Assembly (NCBI GenBank): GCA_943704425.1
Contig: CALSCP010001345.1
Coordinates: 78,370-142,369, forward strand
From: Ministeria vibrans ATCC 50519
Lineage: Eukaryota > Protista > Filasterea
Length of the DNA: 64,000 bases
Reading direction: 5' to 3'
This document shows, piece after piece, positions 37,672 to 50,498 of this stretch. Below the pieces are notes generated by a model, which saw nothing but the letters and a program-made list of their open reading frames with translations, was not told the DNA's origin and ran no database searches. Each line of letters starts with the position of its first letter. The first letter of the stretch is position 1. Both the position numbers and the translations under genes were made by a program.

Positions 37672-39164
37672 ATGAGCGAACCGTGGGAGCGTGTCGCTGT
37701 GGCAGCGGGCCGCGCATACGCCTCCAACATGGAACTGATGATGTCGGAGACGGGCGAACGATGTCGGACGGATCCGCCGAGTGACGTTGGTGCGTTTTTT
37801 TCGTTGGGCGAAAACGGAAAAGTTTTGTGTCGCTTCACTAGAGCCGATGGGGAGCCGTGTCGGTCCAGGGTGTTTGGGGGCGAGGATGTAAAGCGCCATT
37901 TTACCTACTTCCACCCCACGAGCAAGCACCGCCTTGTCTGTGTCGTCTGCAATTCGTATGTTAGTTGTGGCAACCTCAAGAGACACGTCGCTTCTCAGCA
38001 CAGCAACACATTCACAGCGACTGTCATGGAACGCGGTCCGCTGGAGGACGGAGGATGGAAGACGATCTACCTGCGAGAGGTGCGTGCGGCCCTGGAGCGC
38101 GACGGAGAAGAGGAGGACGTTGAGGGAGAAGTGGCCAAGGTGTTTGGTCGTGGCGAGTGGGAACAAGTCCCAATGGGATTTGAGACTTGGTTGGCGATGG
38201 CACGGGGCGAGAAGGAGGATGAGGAGGACACGATTGTGTTTGAGATGCTGGGGGATGGCAAGGTGCGGTGTCGGTGTCGACTGGTGGACGGACGAGTGTG
38301 TACGAGACAGGGATTTGCGCCTGAGTGGGTTGGGCATCATTTCTCAAAGTGGCATCCTCGGAGTGTGTACCGCGTCAATTGTGTGGTGTGCAAGGAGGAT
38401 TTGGCGCCACACAGAACAACTTTCAATCTACACATGCTGCAATCGCACGGTGATGTATTCAGTCGTGGCTGTGACTTGCTGAGGGTGTACTCTTCTCTTG
38501 TGCGCAGTGCGCTTGAGGAGCGCAATGCGCCTGAGTCTGTCATTGTGCGTGAGCTGCAGTTGTTGCGTGAGAGTGAGCGAGTGCCGTCGTCGTTCTCGGA
38601 GTGGCTGGCGTGTGCGCAGAAGGAAGAGGGGAGTGGTTGTGGTGCGGTGGACCTCGACGCGTCGTTTGAGCGACTGTCCAACGGTCTATTCAAATGTCGA
38701 ATGGTGCGACCGGCAACGGGACAAGTGTGTGACTACGCGCCATTCACAAAGGGGCGTGTCGGTAATCATTTTAGTGACTATCATGTGCTGAGTGTGTATC
38801 GCACTCGATGTGCCATCTGCTCGCACTCAGTGTCAACGGCCGGCAGTCTGCGGAAACACTTACGCCGATGTCACTCTTCTGAGTTCACTGACACTGTGTT
38901 GGCATCGACCTGGAAGAGTGTGTACAGTGAGTGTGTACGGAGTGAAATGTTGAGAGAGGGAAAGAGTGAGAGTGCGATTGAGAGAGAATTGGGTATTTNN
39001 NNNNNACTGACACTGTGTTGGCATCGACCTGGAAGAGTGTGTACAGTGAGTGTGTACGGAGTGAAATGTTGAGAGAGGGAAAGAGTGAGAGTGCGATTGA
39101 GAGAGAATTGGGTATTTTGTATGAGTTTGAGAAAGTGCCCGCTGGCTTTCACCAGTGGACTTGA
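37672..39164 (+). CDS. Protein with three tandem ~140-aa repeats, each holding two zinc-finger-like motifs (C-x9/10-C..H-x4-H and CxxC..H-x4-H) plus a helical segment
   Basis: Repeated C(R)xxxxxxGxxC, HFxxxH, RxxCxxC, VPxxFxxW. The true end ELGILYEFEKVPAGFHQWT* lies after a duplicated gap overlap. Confidence 0.75.
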
Positions 39165-39603
39165 CTGTCAGTACAGTGAACCAAAAATCCGAGTTTGAAA
39201 AAATGTTGCCTGGAGGAGTTGGTATTGAAATTTGAGGGGAGTACAACGACGAAACCTCTCTCCGATATCCTCCAATTTTTTGTACGTTTACTGCAAGATC
39301 GTATCTGTGGGTCTAAGATTTATTGGGGCTACCCTCTGGCGGAAGCACTGTATTGCTCTACACTGTAGTATTTTATTATTAAGATAATAGATATTATTTT
39401 ATTTATGTATTAGCTAAGTGAACGTTTTCCGACGCAGCGCAGCGTAGTTATCTCAACATAATATTTTCATTTTTTTGTGAGTCAGCAATAACTTTTTCCC
39501 GATCACAGATTATTCACAGTCCACAGATCAATTCAATATTTCAATCATTTTTTCTTCATCTACTTCTTGTCCCTCCTCACTTGCACACACAGCGCCTTTC
39601 AAG

Positions 39604-40393
39604 ATGATGATCAAAGTCAAGGTGTGTCTCCAGTAGGCGCGTCCTTGCCTCCTCTCATTCTCTCTCTCTCTCATTCTCTCTCTCTCTCTCTCATTCTCTC
39701 TCTTTAGACTCTCACTGGCAAAGAGGTATTCGATTCTTTTCTACAACAGAGCACAGGATCTCGTCATCAGCTCTGTCTCTACCCTTTCATGATGTGCCTA
39801 ACTTTTATATCTTTTTTTCTTCTTCTTTTTGAGTTGACGTTTTTTTTTTTTTTTTTTTTTTTTTTTTGTTCACGATTAATCACTGTTGCTCTTGTTTGAT
39901 TGCGATGGCGACCCATGGCATTTGTATTTTGCTACTGCATGCTTCTATTGGGCTCTTATTGCGTCTCCGCGTTGCCTTTGTGGCTCAGTGACGAATGATT
40001 TTCGTTTTGGTCGATTGAGACTGTTTTCTCATAATAATTATGATATACTGACGCGGCGGTGGGTCGCGATTGTTGGAGAAGGGTGTTTAGCGTGGTGTCG
40101 AAGTATGTGCACAGAGAAATTCGCTCGTTGTATCTATATTTTTGCCGTTTTTGCGCTTTTTTCACTATCGTCTTTTTTGTGTTTTTCACATTTAGATTGA
40201 GATTGATATTGAGCCAACAGACAAGGTGGAGCGCATCAAGGAGCGTGTTGAGGAGAAGGAAGGGATTCCTCCGCCGCAACAGCGTCTGATTTTTGGAGGA
40301 AAGCAAATGAACGACCAAATGACGGCAGCAGAGTGCAAGGTGGTGGGGGGCAGCGTGCTCCACCTGGTGCTGGCACTGCGTGGTGGCTGCTGA
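39604..40393 (+). CDS. NEDD8: NEDD8/Rub1 ubiquitin-like protein; exons 39604-39621, 39708-39725, 40196-40393
   Basis: MMIKVK|TLTGKE|[40 protein letters not shown]...[14 protein letters not shown]. Missed by the ORF track because of two 18-nt microexons. Confidence 0.95.
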
Positions 40394-40852
40394 ACATCAG
40401 AGCGATCTCTGTGTGTGTGAGAGAGAGAGACAGCAAGAGAGAGAGAGAGAGACGGAGAGTGTGTCTGTGTTTGTGAGACAGTGTGAGTGTGTGTGTGTTG
40501 TAGCTCAAGGGTGTCTACCGTGTATAAACTATATTAAGATTTGAGTGTGTCAGTACATCGAAGAGCTTGCCGATAATCTGGCTTTCTTTTGGACGGTGGA
40601 GGAATATACTACTTTCTACAGGAGTGATCCAATTATAAAAACACATTGTGAATGCCTAATTGATTTGACCCCGAGATTGAAATTGGATACTCCGTCATTC
40701 GGATATTCAAAATCCAAGGTGTTTGCAAGCTGTTTGCGTGACAATTATTATAGATAAGTATAAATTGATTGTAATAGAAAATATATCTCTCGCTATATAG
40801 GGGGAAAGTTGGGTGCGAAGGCGAGAATACTGAAGATGCATGTCCGTCCTTC

Positions 40853-40981
40853 ACGCGCTCACGGCGGTGGGTCTGCGGTGTTGTGACCGAGTGCGTCCAC
40901 TACATACTCGTGAAGAACATAAAGATCAAGAGGCAGCTGAGCAGGAAAGCCCTCCGGCACGATACCATCGTAGCAGATGTC
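40853..40981. repeat. Direct repeat copy 1 (partner at ~50499-50637)
   Basis: cgcgctcacggcggtgggtctgcggtgttgtgacc...gccctcc(g/a)gcacga is nearly identical in both places. Confidence 0.9.
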
Positions 40982-41262
40982 ACTTGTCGGAATCGGAATC
41001 ACTTTCACACCGCGACGCACCTGAGCCCACGCAGTGCCCACATCCCCATGCAAGATGCACGTTGCGCCTGCCGCTGTGCGTTGCAGCACCTGAACAATGA
41101 CAGGGTGGTTGCCACGCAACACTTCAATGTCATGTGCGGCGCAGCTGGACTTTTCCCCTCCTTTCTCTCTCTCTACACTTTGTTTCTTTTCCCCTCCTTT
41201 CTCTCTCCCTCTCCCTCTCCCTCTCCCTCTCCCTCTCTTCTCTCTCTCACACACAAAAAATT

Positions 41263-44200
41263 TCAGACGCGAGCCTTTTTCTTCTTGCACGTGTTCTCAC
41301 CACACTCCTCCTCCCCCTCCTTCTCTTCCGTCCATGCCCGTCGCTTCAACGAGCCACTGTCACGCATCTCATGGTCCGTGGTCGTAATTGTTGTCGTCGT
41401 GGTTGAGACCCACGGGAGCAACGCACTCAGGACAATCTGCGCTGGTGGGACCAGCGCCCAGCGACCATTGCTCATGTCAAAACCAACGCGGTACGCACGA
41501 GCAGGGCGTTTCCGCCTGCTCTCCACTCCACTCGCGTTCGGTGCTGCAATGCGCACAGTGGGCCAATCAGCTACAGGGCCCTCCAGACACACCTCAAAGG
41601 GTTCGCCAAACGCGTCGACCATCACACAGAGCAGCAGCCACCCCAGCACATAGCTTGTCCGCACACTCTGCGCTGCGTTTCCACAGCAATGCGCCAGAAT
41701 GGCAAGCGGCAGCGTCTGGTTGCGCGCGTCCGCCACCAGATCCTTGTCCCCAAGGAAAGACGCAAGCTCACACACAAACAGTCCGTAACGCTGCGGCCGA
41801 GCTACCACCATGGTCGCCAGGCGGATTGCGACAAGCTCTGCGCATCGACGCCGCAGTGTCAAATGCTCTCCGTGCACCTGTGTGTCATGATGGGTACTGG
41901 CCAGGCTCGTGGAGCCTGTTTCTTGCCACAGCGCCTGTAGCTCAGGCGCAAATCCGGTTAGCTGTTCACACAGCTCCACAAGTGGTCGCTTGTCGACGTC
42001 CAGCGTGCGCCTCCGTCCAGCAGAGCACGCCCGCTCGCTAACGACACCCGTCAGAGTGGATGGACCAGACGACTCTTTCTCATCTTTAGCTGCCTCCAAC
42101 CGCAGATCCTTCGCCTTTTCACACAGTTGTTCGACCAATGCCGCCGTGCAGCAGGCATGCGACTCAACCTGCAACATAGCAGTTGACGAAGGAACAGGAG
42201 GAAGAGGAATGGATCGCGCGAGAACCGACTCGAGCGTGGTTGTAGTGAACGTGTGGGAATGATCTGCCTCGCACACCTCCTCCACCTTCGCAGCCCATGA
42301 GTGGCGCAGACGCGCCCGCAGCACCATACTGCGCACCATTCCCTTCACACTCTTCGCAAACCATCCGTCGTTCCTCTTCTCCTTCGTCTCGTCCAGTTGC
42401 TCCACCTTCTTCTTTGCTTCCCTCACGAGGTTCATCATCATCTGACACCTTGCCCTCATTTTCTTCAGAGTATCCTCCGGTAGCTTCTCTGGGTGAGTGT
42501 TGGCCATCGCATCAATCAGTCGGTTGCGCTCAGTGCGAAGATTGCGCGCCAGCCTCCTTCCCTTCCGCAGGTCAAATCCTTGTTGGAGATCGCGTGCACA
42601 AGCGAACTTCTCGATGTCGCCCTTGTGCTTGCGATACGTTGCGACAAGATGCTCCGAAAACATCACTGGCAGACACTCGCCAATGGCAGTGCCGATCACC
42701 TCAAGAGCAAGAGAGCACAGCGTGCTCTTTACCGCAGCGGGATTCTGGCCTTCAGCCTCGCGCAGCCGCGCCACAGCGACAACGCGACACTGGTTCACGG
42801 CGCGCGTCATTGACTCGACCAGCGTGATCTTGTTGCTTCGCGCCCCAAAGAAATGGACTTGGAAGTTTTGCAGCACACACGCCATCGCGTTGAGAGCTTG
42901 TCGACGCCCATAGTCACATGCCCCCTGTGTCTGCAGAAAAACCATCTTCTCCGTGACGGACCGCAACTCTTCCTCGGACACCTCGGCGAACCCCACCTTC
43001 ACAATCTGAGCAACCAGCACCTTGTCAACGGCGCTCGCGACCATCTTGCCCAGCACCTTCCGCTCAAACTTCTCCGAGCGCCCCTTGATCATGTCAAAAA
43101 CATCCACCGCCAGTGACCCCTGTCCACGAGGTCCCGCTAGATCACCGTCAAGGGCCATCAGAAGTGAGTGCAGCGTCCCCAGACCAGGAGCGCAGTCGAG
43201 GTCACCCGTGAAGAACAGCTTCTCGACTGATGCGGCCGCTTTGGCTCGAGACAGTGCCGCTATTGCGCGGGAATGCGAGCGGTCAGTCTGCAGATGTGAG
43301 GTCCACGCAGTGCATGCGTTACGAAAAGGGACGAACAGCTCGGTTTTGCTGTGTTCGGCAAGCACTCGCGTGACGTGACCGTCAATCTGCCTATCTTGTA
43401 CCAGCCAGGTCGTGAGCACCTCCTCTGCCTCTGCGTACATCGCTGCACTGCCCTGCGACGCCGCTAGCAGACGGCTTTTCCTCTTCTTGGCTGTGCGTGC
43501 AGAGGAGTCATGGAGCAATTTTTGCACCTCACAAGCGAGCGGCAGACGCTCCTTGCCAACCGTCGCCGCCAGGGTACAGTTGGTTCCCATTGCCGCCTCC
43601 ACACCAGCAACCATCTGACAGGATTTCTCGAGAATGGCAAGGAACGAGCGTGACGTGGTATGCTCGCACAACGTTGGATCCTGCCGCGCTTGCTTATGGA
43701 TGTGAAAAAGAATCGCGGGCACGCCCGTGTTATGCATGTTTTTCAGGTGCTGATTGTCAATGGCGTCAATGATGCCGTGGTTGGTGGCAACAAGTGAGGA
43801 GAAAAGGAGCGGGAAGGCATACGCAAACTTCAGCTTTCTTTCCAGAGACGCGATGATGCGTTTCTCGCACTCTTCCTGGCTCAACTCGGCAGTGCCGCAA
43901 GCGACCTTCTTCGCAGCGTTCTTCAAGTCCTCCCAGCATTGATTCCTCCACTGCTTCCACTCGCCAGGCACTTCGCACTTGCCCTCATTCAGCTGCCTCT
44001 GATCGTGCCTTTCAGGGTGCCACACAAGTAACAGGTGCGGTAGGTGAGTGCCCGCAATGTCATTTTCAAAGTTGGGTGCGATAAGGTGCTCTCGGATGAC
44101 CGAAGCAAGCGACTTGCACGACGACAGACGTTGCGGACAGACCACGATGACGTGGTCGCTGTCGCCCAGCACCTCGACAAGTGTCGACACCTTCTGGGCA

Positions 44201-45984
44201 TCCGAGTCGTTGCAGCCGGGCGCATCGACAAGCTCCGTGTTCCACTCGCGCAGCATCGCCGACGGCACAAACACGGTGATGCGCTTGAAGAAGAGTGCGT
44301 CGTCGTCGTCAAGAAGCGTCTTAAGTGTCTCGCGCAGATACAGTCGGTCGTGCAGAAGGTTCTTGCCGTGCGTGCGCAGCAGACGGTGTTTGCCAAGGAG
44401 GCTGAGACGAGCGCGGTGCACCACAGCTTGTGGGTCGCGCGTAAACTTGTCGATCAGCGCACGGTCGATGGGCTTGGGAGCGGGTGTGAGGTCGAGGTCA
44501 CAGTTGAAATCCACGTCGTCGTTGTCGGAGTCGTTGTCGTCATCGATGGTGTCGTGCCGATTGAGAGCACTCTTGGATGCAGTACCGTCTGCGGTCACAG
44601 GAGAGCCCATCATTGTGGCCTCACTCGACTCTGAGTGGACATCGACGTCACTCCCATCAATGTCGGTCAAACCAGCGGGGTAGGAGCAACGACTGGGCGC
44701 CTTCTCGGCGCGTCTGACCATGTCGACGATGCGCTTGCCACTGGAAAACACGCTCGTTTCCTCCACCTCGCCTCCCTCCACCCTGTCCCAGTCGGTCTGC
44801 TTGCAGTTGCGGACCATGTCACTAATCGAGTACTGCTCGATGACAGCCTCAAAGCGACGGCCAGGACGCACGGCGATGGGACAGCGTGTTGTGGAGGCGG
44901 TGCCTCTCTGGCTGGGCAGCAGATACGCGCCGGATCCGTCTGAGTTCCCGACGATATCTCTCGCGTTGGTTCCCGTGGCATGCTCACGCGTCGCCGCCTC
45001 AATGGCCTCCTCCTTTTGTAGCATGCAAGCGTAGTGTTTGTTGTCCGGAGAAGCTACAAAGAGCCCAGTGTTCTCGTCCATGACCGCCTCAGGTGGGTAC
45101 TCGATGGCGTCGCGAACTTGTCCGGCTGCATCGTCTGCGTCCGATCCGTCGCGTCCTTCCAGCAGCTTCTGCTTCAACATGACGGCGCCCTCAAAGTCCA
45201 GTGGATCGGTGTCGCGACCGTTGAGTCGCTCGTACTCGTAGGGTGTCACGGACGATGTGCACAGAAGGGCATTGAGCAGAAACGACTTGCCAGCGCCGTT
45301 CTCGCCCAGCAGCGCCGTCCTAGTCATGTACGAGGCGGAGCGCTCCTGGGACGTCGCTGTGCGCTGCGGATGAAGTACGCCCTCTTCAATGTCTTTGATG
45401 ATGCTCTTTGCCACATCACCAAGGGTATCATTGCTGTTGTAAACAATGTGATTCTTGAGCCTGTCGAGGAAGTCGACTGCCTCGTCGTGAACACTTGCCG
45501 ACACGTCCGACATGCGAGTTTCGGCGATAAATGCCTCTAGGGTGGCGGTGGCGGCGGTGGTGGTGGTGGTTGTGGTGGTGGGCGTGGTGGTTGTGGTGGT
45601 GGGCGTGGTGGGAGTCGCGGGAACCTCTTCGCTTGCGTTGCTCATCAAGTCGAAGTCGTGGTCTTCGCCGTTGTCGAAGTCGTGGTCGTCGTCACTCATC
45701 TCTGTGTCGTCGTCAAGCGCGTCTTCCTCGCTCGACGCATCACCACGTGCTGCTGGGGCAAGTGGGAGCGTGTTGAACTGGGAGTAGTCAAAGGGCTTGA
45801 CGGAGGAGTCGTCATAACCGAAATCTTTTCGAAAGGTCTTGAAGAGGCGGCTGTGACCAATGTCGCTCACCTCACAACTGAGTGTCTTTTGACTGGTATG
45901 CGGCCCGCGAGCAAAGGGCCACTTTGCTTTGGATTTCAAGAGCTCTTCTTTCGTAAGACGTGTCCGAAAGGCGAGGTAGAGCTG

Positions 45985-46015
<31 letters not shown>

Positions 46016-46065
46016 GGAGAAAGAAACAAAGTGATAGAGAGAGAGAGAAAAAAAAACAAAGCGAT

Positions 46066-46101
<36 letters not shown>

Positions 46102-46411
46102 GGAGAGAGAGGGAGAGAGAGATGTGTGTAAATAGAAGTGGGTCATCATTCATCCAAATGTGGAAGAAGTTAAGTTATGGTCAACTCACCTTGTACAAGT
46201 CGTATTTGATGGCGGTATTCATGCGATAACCTTGTGTGGAGGTTCTCGCGTACTTTTTGTTGTAGGCGGCTGCTGGCATTTTGCGCTCCTCAATCCAGTA
46301 CTTTTTGTGGAGGGCGAGAAATTCGTTTTTCAAGGTTCTTTCAGACCGGCGGGGCTTGAATCTCGAGTGCTCCATTATTTCCATAGAGCCGTTTGATTGG
46401 TTGTCATTCAT
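41263..46411 (-). CDS. Large dynamin-superfamily (Dynamin_N / SLIP-GC/NUGGC-like) P-loop GTPase, ~1,650 aa; exons ~46411-46190 and ~45982-41263
   Basis: G1 LLGENGAGKSFLLNALL, G2 STTRCPI, G3 LVDAPGCND, then a long helical region. The GTGAGT donor and (CT)n-CAG acceptor join in frame. Confidence 0.75.
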
Positions 46412-46798
46412 TGTACGATCTCAACGGAAATCAAAATCGACCTGAGAAACAGTTTTTTGGTTGAGCCAACGAAAAGTTAGACCACTTTGCAAAAACAGAC
46501 GATTCACAGAAGTGATGCCTGTGATGGAGTCGAATGAGTGTTCGATTGTCTATTTGACTTTGACACGTGACTTTGTCACTTGTGGGATAACGCAGTGAAG
46601 CAATGCGAGGTGGTGGGAGTGATGGGAGTGTGAAGTTTGCGTAAAAATGGAAGATGGATATGTAGAGTGTATTGTGTAATAAACTAATAGACACTATCAG
46701 CGGATGAATGACTTACAAGAGAGTGAAGAGAGTGGATGAAGAGAGAAGAAGAATAAAAGTGGTGAATTTAAAATTCAATTGTCGACTTTTATAGTTTT

Positions 46799-46922
46799 TC
46801 ACATTGTCACATCGTCACATCATCACATCGTCACATCGTCACATCGTCACATCGTCACATCGTCACATCGTCACATCGTCACAGCGTCACATCGTCACAT
46901 CGTCACATCGTCACATCGTCAC
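46799..46922. repeat. 8-bp minisatellite (GTCACATC) x ~15
   Basis: Seen directly, ~400 bp upstream of the GTPase ATG. Confidence 0.95.
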
Positions 46923-47606
46923 CAATCCTGTGTCATCTTTTGATGGGAGTACATGTTATTGATTTTTGAGTGGTACATGGTGAAAGGAAAGGAAATGAGG
47001 TGCTCGTTGAGCGAGACCCCAAGTTTCTTTTCTGAATCGTTTCTTACATTTTCTTTCGTTTCAGTAATGTGAAGGGAGATGACGGTCGAGTCGCAACGTG
47101 TGAAGGACTTCAGGTGGATTGACGGAGCGTCAATGGGGAGTGTTGGATCGAAGCTGGGACGACGCGACGCGCAATGGCAGGCAAAATTTTGCGTTTGTGT
47201 TCCGTATGTGTCAGCGTGTTCTTACCTTAGCTATCTACGGGTTGTACACAAATTCACTTTCACAGCTAGGAAATGCTTGGTGGAAAGTTGTAGCTGACAG
47301 GCTTGGAGGGATCTTAATTCTTGCGGGAATGTATCGTGCGTCTCGCGTAAGAAAAGAAGAGCCAGCTTCGAGCCAGCCTCAACAGTCCAATTTCTGCAGT
47401 TTGAATGCGCTTCAACAGCCGCACGCAGTCGCTACGTCTTGCTGATAGTTTCAGGGTGCACACCAATGTGCAGGAGCAGCGGGGCTTTTGATTTTGTGGT
47501 AATTGTTTATATATAAGGGCTGCAGCGAACTTGACTTGTGGTTTGGGTCCCAGTTCGCGATTGTGTTTGTATTCGCACGTATCAAAAACGAAAAAATTTC
47601 AATAGA

Positions 47607-48936
47607 TTATTTTTGACTCAGAGCACTGTTGAACAAACTCTCACTCGTGGTCTGTTGCTGGTAACCGGCTAATCGCAACATGGCGGGCAGAGTTTCGTCG
47701 AGTTTCTTTACGAAACCGTAGGGTTTGTAGTTTTGCTCTGTGACATCGCTTTCCTGTAGCGGTTCGGTGTCGAGCGTTGTCGACGGCGTCTCGGAAGTGG
47801 AGGGATTCTGCTGCGCGGAGCAGTTGCGAATATTATTCCTCATGCTGCTCATCCGGCGCTCGTCCATGTCGTCGAAGATGTCGACCGTATTCTCGTCAGC
47901 CAAAACGGCTTCCCATATGGTTCCCCTTTTGTAGCTCTCGTACAAATCGTTCTTAAGGAGTTCGTCTTGCGTTTCGCTGGTGAGCGTGTCGCTTGACCCA
48001 GCATGCACACGTGGTGTGGTTGCAGTAGTTGTGTTGGTGGTGGTGGTTGAGGATGCGGGGGAGGGTGACGGGTCATAGGTAGAAGTGCTCTCCAAGTCGA
48101 CGCGCACCCGCACCGCACGTGTGTACTCTTCGCATTCCGAGTCGTCATCATCGTCCTGTGCACAGAATGAATAAACAAAAGAATGATTCGGTGTTTTTTC
48201 ACTTTTTTGCTTTAAATATACTCATAGCAGGGTCTTATATAAGTCTTATATTTGGTTTTTGCTCTATATTCTGTAACTTTGTACCTCGCGAGCTCGTTTG
48301 CAATTGACTGAGCGGTTCTGTGGGTCGATTCCATCGCTGCGATTGGGCTTGCCAATGGGACTAGTCAATGACGCTGCCTCGGATGGAGCACCTGTGAATG
48401 AAGCGCCCAAATATAAAAATAAATAAAAGAGTGGAAATTATCATAGATAAAAACAAGATGAAAATACGTGGTGATAATTACTCCATACCTTGGACTGACA
48501 TGTATGGTGGTGATGTTGAAGCGGGAGCAAACTTCGTCGTCGGCGTGTTATCTCCAGGGAAGATAACAATCGACGTCTCTCGGGTGTTGAGGAGCTTGAA
48601 GGAGAATTTGTAAAGCGCCCCTGCAGCTGTCTTCTGCATCACTTTCAAAACTTTCTCGTTTGCTTCAACCAAGATTGCACTCTTGCTCTTGTTTTCACCG
48701 AGAAGTTTTTCGATGCCCTCCGCCGGCTCGTGACCGTAACGGGAAAGGTGTTCTCGGTTCAGACGATGATTACCAGGCGACAGGCGGTCCAACACGGCGT
48801 TTTTAGGGAGACGTTGGCGAGTTTCTTTCAGCTCGCTAATTATCCCTTCGAGAAATGCGATGGTGGTGCACTCGATCAAAGGACTCCCACGCTTCATTTG
48901 GACAAAGACTGTTTTGATCTCTTTAGTCTCTGGCAT
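47607..48936 (-). CDS. Orphan hypothetical protein, at least 3 exons (~48936-48489, ~48391-48285, ~48161-47607)
   Basis: GT-AG junctions join in phase (MSVQG|APSEAAS...RARE|DDDDDSECEE). No recognisable motif, and the 5' end is uncertain. Confidence 0.55.
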
Positions 48937-49059
48937 TGTGGTGTTCTACACAGACGCGGAACAATTAAGTGTAAGTTAAAAAAAACTGAAGAAGAAGAAT
49001 ACAATTAAAAAAAACTGAAGGAAAAAACTGAATAAACTTTAAAAAAAACTGAATAAACT

Positions 49060-49091
<32 letters not shown>

Positions 49092-50498
49092 CCTGTCGGG
49101 TACATCGACACTTCATCGACACCAAGGGGTGTTGTTCAATTATATAAATGTTCCCACTCAAACTGCGACTTTGAAAAAAATTGGGATTTTTTTTGTGAGA
49201 GGGGTGACAAAGAGTTCTGTCGAGATGCTCGGGGTGCGTCGCAGCTTGCGACAAGACTTATTTCTTGCGAGGTCCGTTTTTTTAATCTCTTCTTTCGAAG
49301 GTAGAAGAAGAATTAGCAACTGTGAGACGGATTCTTTCGATCACAGAGTGGGAACATAATTCTTGGAATCCACGGCGGCGAGCGGCGGGCAGCAACATTG
49401 GCGGAAGAGGCGCGTTGTAACCCAGTGTATGATTTTTTTCGTTTTTGGCGCCAAACGGAGAAACGCATTTTCTCTCGGCAGAAGTGCTCTCAAACGCTTA
49501 CATGAGGGGAAATGCTCCGACGAAGCGTTTGACAAAGTATTTCTTTTGCAAGAGCAGAAAAAACTGAAGAAGAATAAGAAAATACTGATCACATTCACCT
49601 TTTCAATTGTGTTACTTATGACTCCACCCTAACGAGCGAATTTATATAATAAAAAAATCCCTGCCCCACCCTGCGCTATTGCAAACCTTGAAGTTCGAGA
49701 CAAAATCGAGGAACCCTGCCATTAAGAGTTAAGACAGCAAGTCGACACTGGACTGGAGGGAGAGGAGTCAGAGGAGACCCTCTCGCTGTGTTCCTAGGTA
49801 GCGAAAAATGATTCTCGACGCGCTTCAAACGCGCTGGTGCAAAGTCAACATTTCTCGTCCAATCGCCATACAAGCAACCTGTCTGTGAAGGTATAATGCT
49901 ACAAATTGTTGTGGCGACGTTTGAAAGGCATTTCGGAGAAGGTGTGCGAGGAGAGAGGGGTGAAACGCAAACGAGACGTTTTCGTTCAATCCACTCGCTC
50001 CTGTGCAAATCTGCAAAGTACAGACGTTCCCTTCTCCCGTCAAAATAGGGGCTAGCTGCACCGGGTACTGGGTATCTGATAGTAGGTCAAAGTAAGGTCA
50101 ATGAGGGCGTTCTTTTCGACACTGAAAAACGACACTCACTGCTCGACCCGTTCAGAGATTCTCCTTTCCCAATTCCCACAGGGCATGTATCAATACGAAT
50201 TTGATCGCTGTAGGACCGAGCAAAGAGCGATGAAGGGGCGAAAGTGAGTCGGGAAGTCGGCGGTGATGCAGCTGTCACTGGTATTGTCCTGTGGTTGTTT
50301 TCGATCGTTTCAAGCAACTCTTTGTCGAACAGTTTTCAAAAATCCACTTTTCGTCAATTTCGTCTGTGATATTGTATTAATTCGATGTTTATATTTCATT
50401 CATTTATTTTCTTTTCTGATTGGTTTCAATAAGAAATAAACCCATGATTGTGCTGTACACAATGCCAAAACTGAAACACGGCGATTTATTAACACCTT

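Noticed and set aside
38885-39118. Apparent ~110-bp tandem duplication and frameshift at the end of the zinc-finger gene
   Set aside because: The copies flank an N-gap and are almost identical. This is most likely an unmerged contig overlap, and removing it restores the conserved VPxGFxxW ending.
39170-39368. Tc1/mariner-type MITE (TA-CAGTG...CACTG-TA) or snRNA with Sm-like sites
   Set aside because: The inverted match does not extend inward beyond 5 bp, and there are no U1/U2/U4/U5 hallmark sequences.
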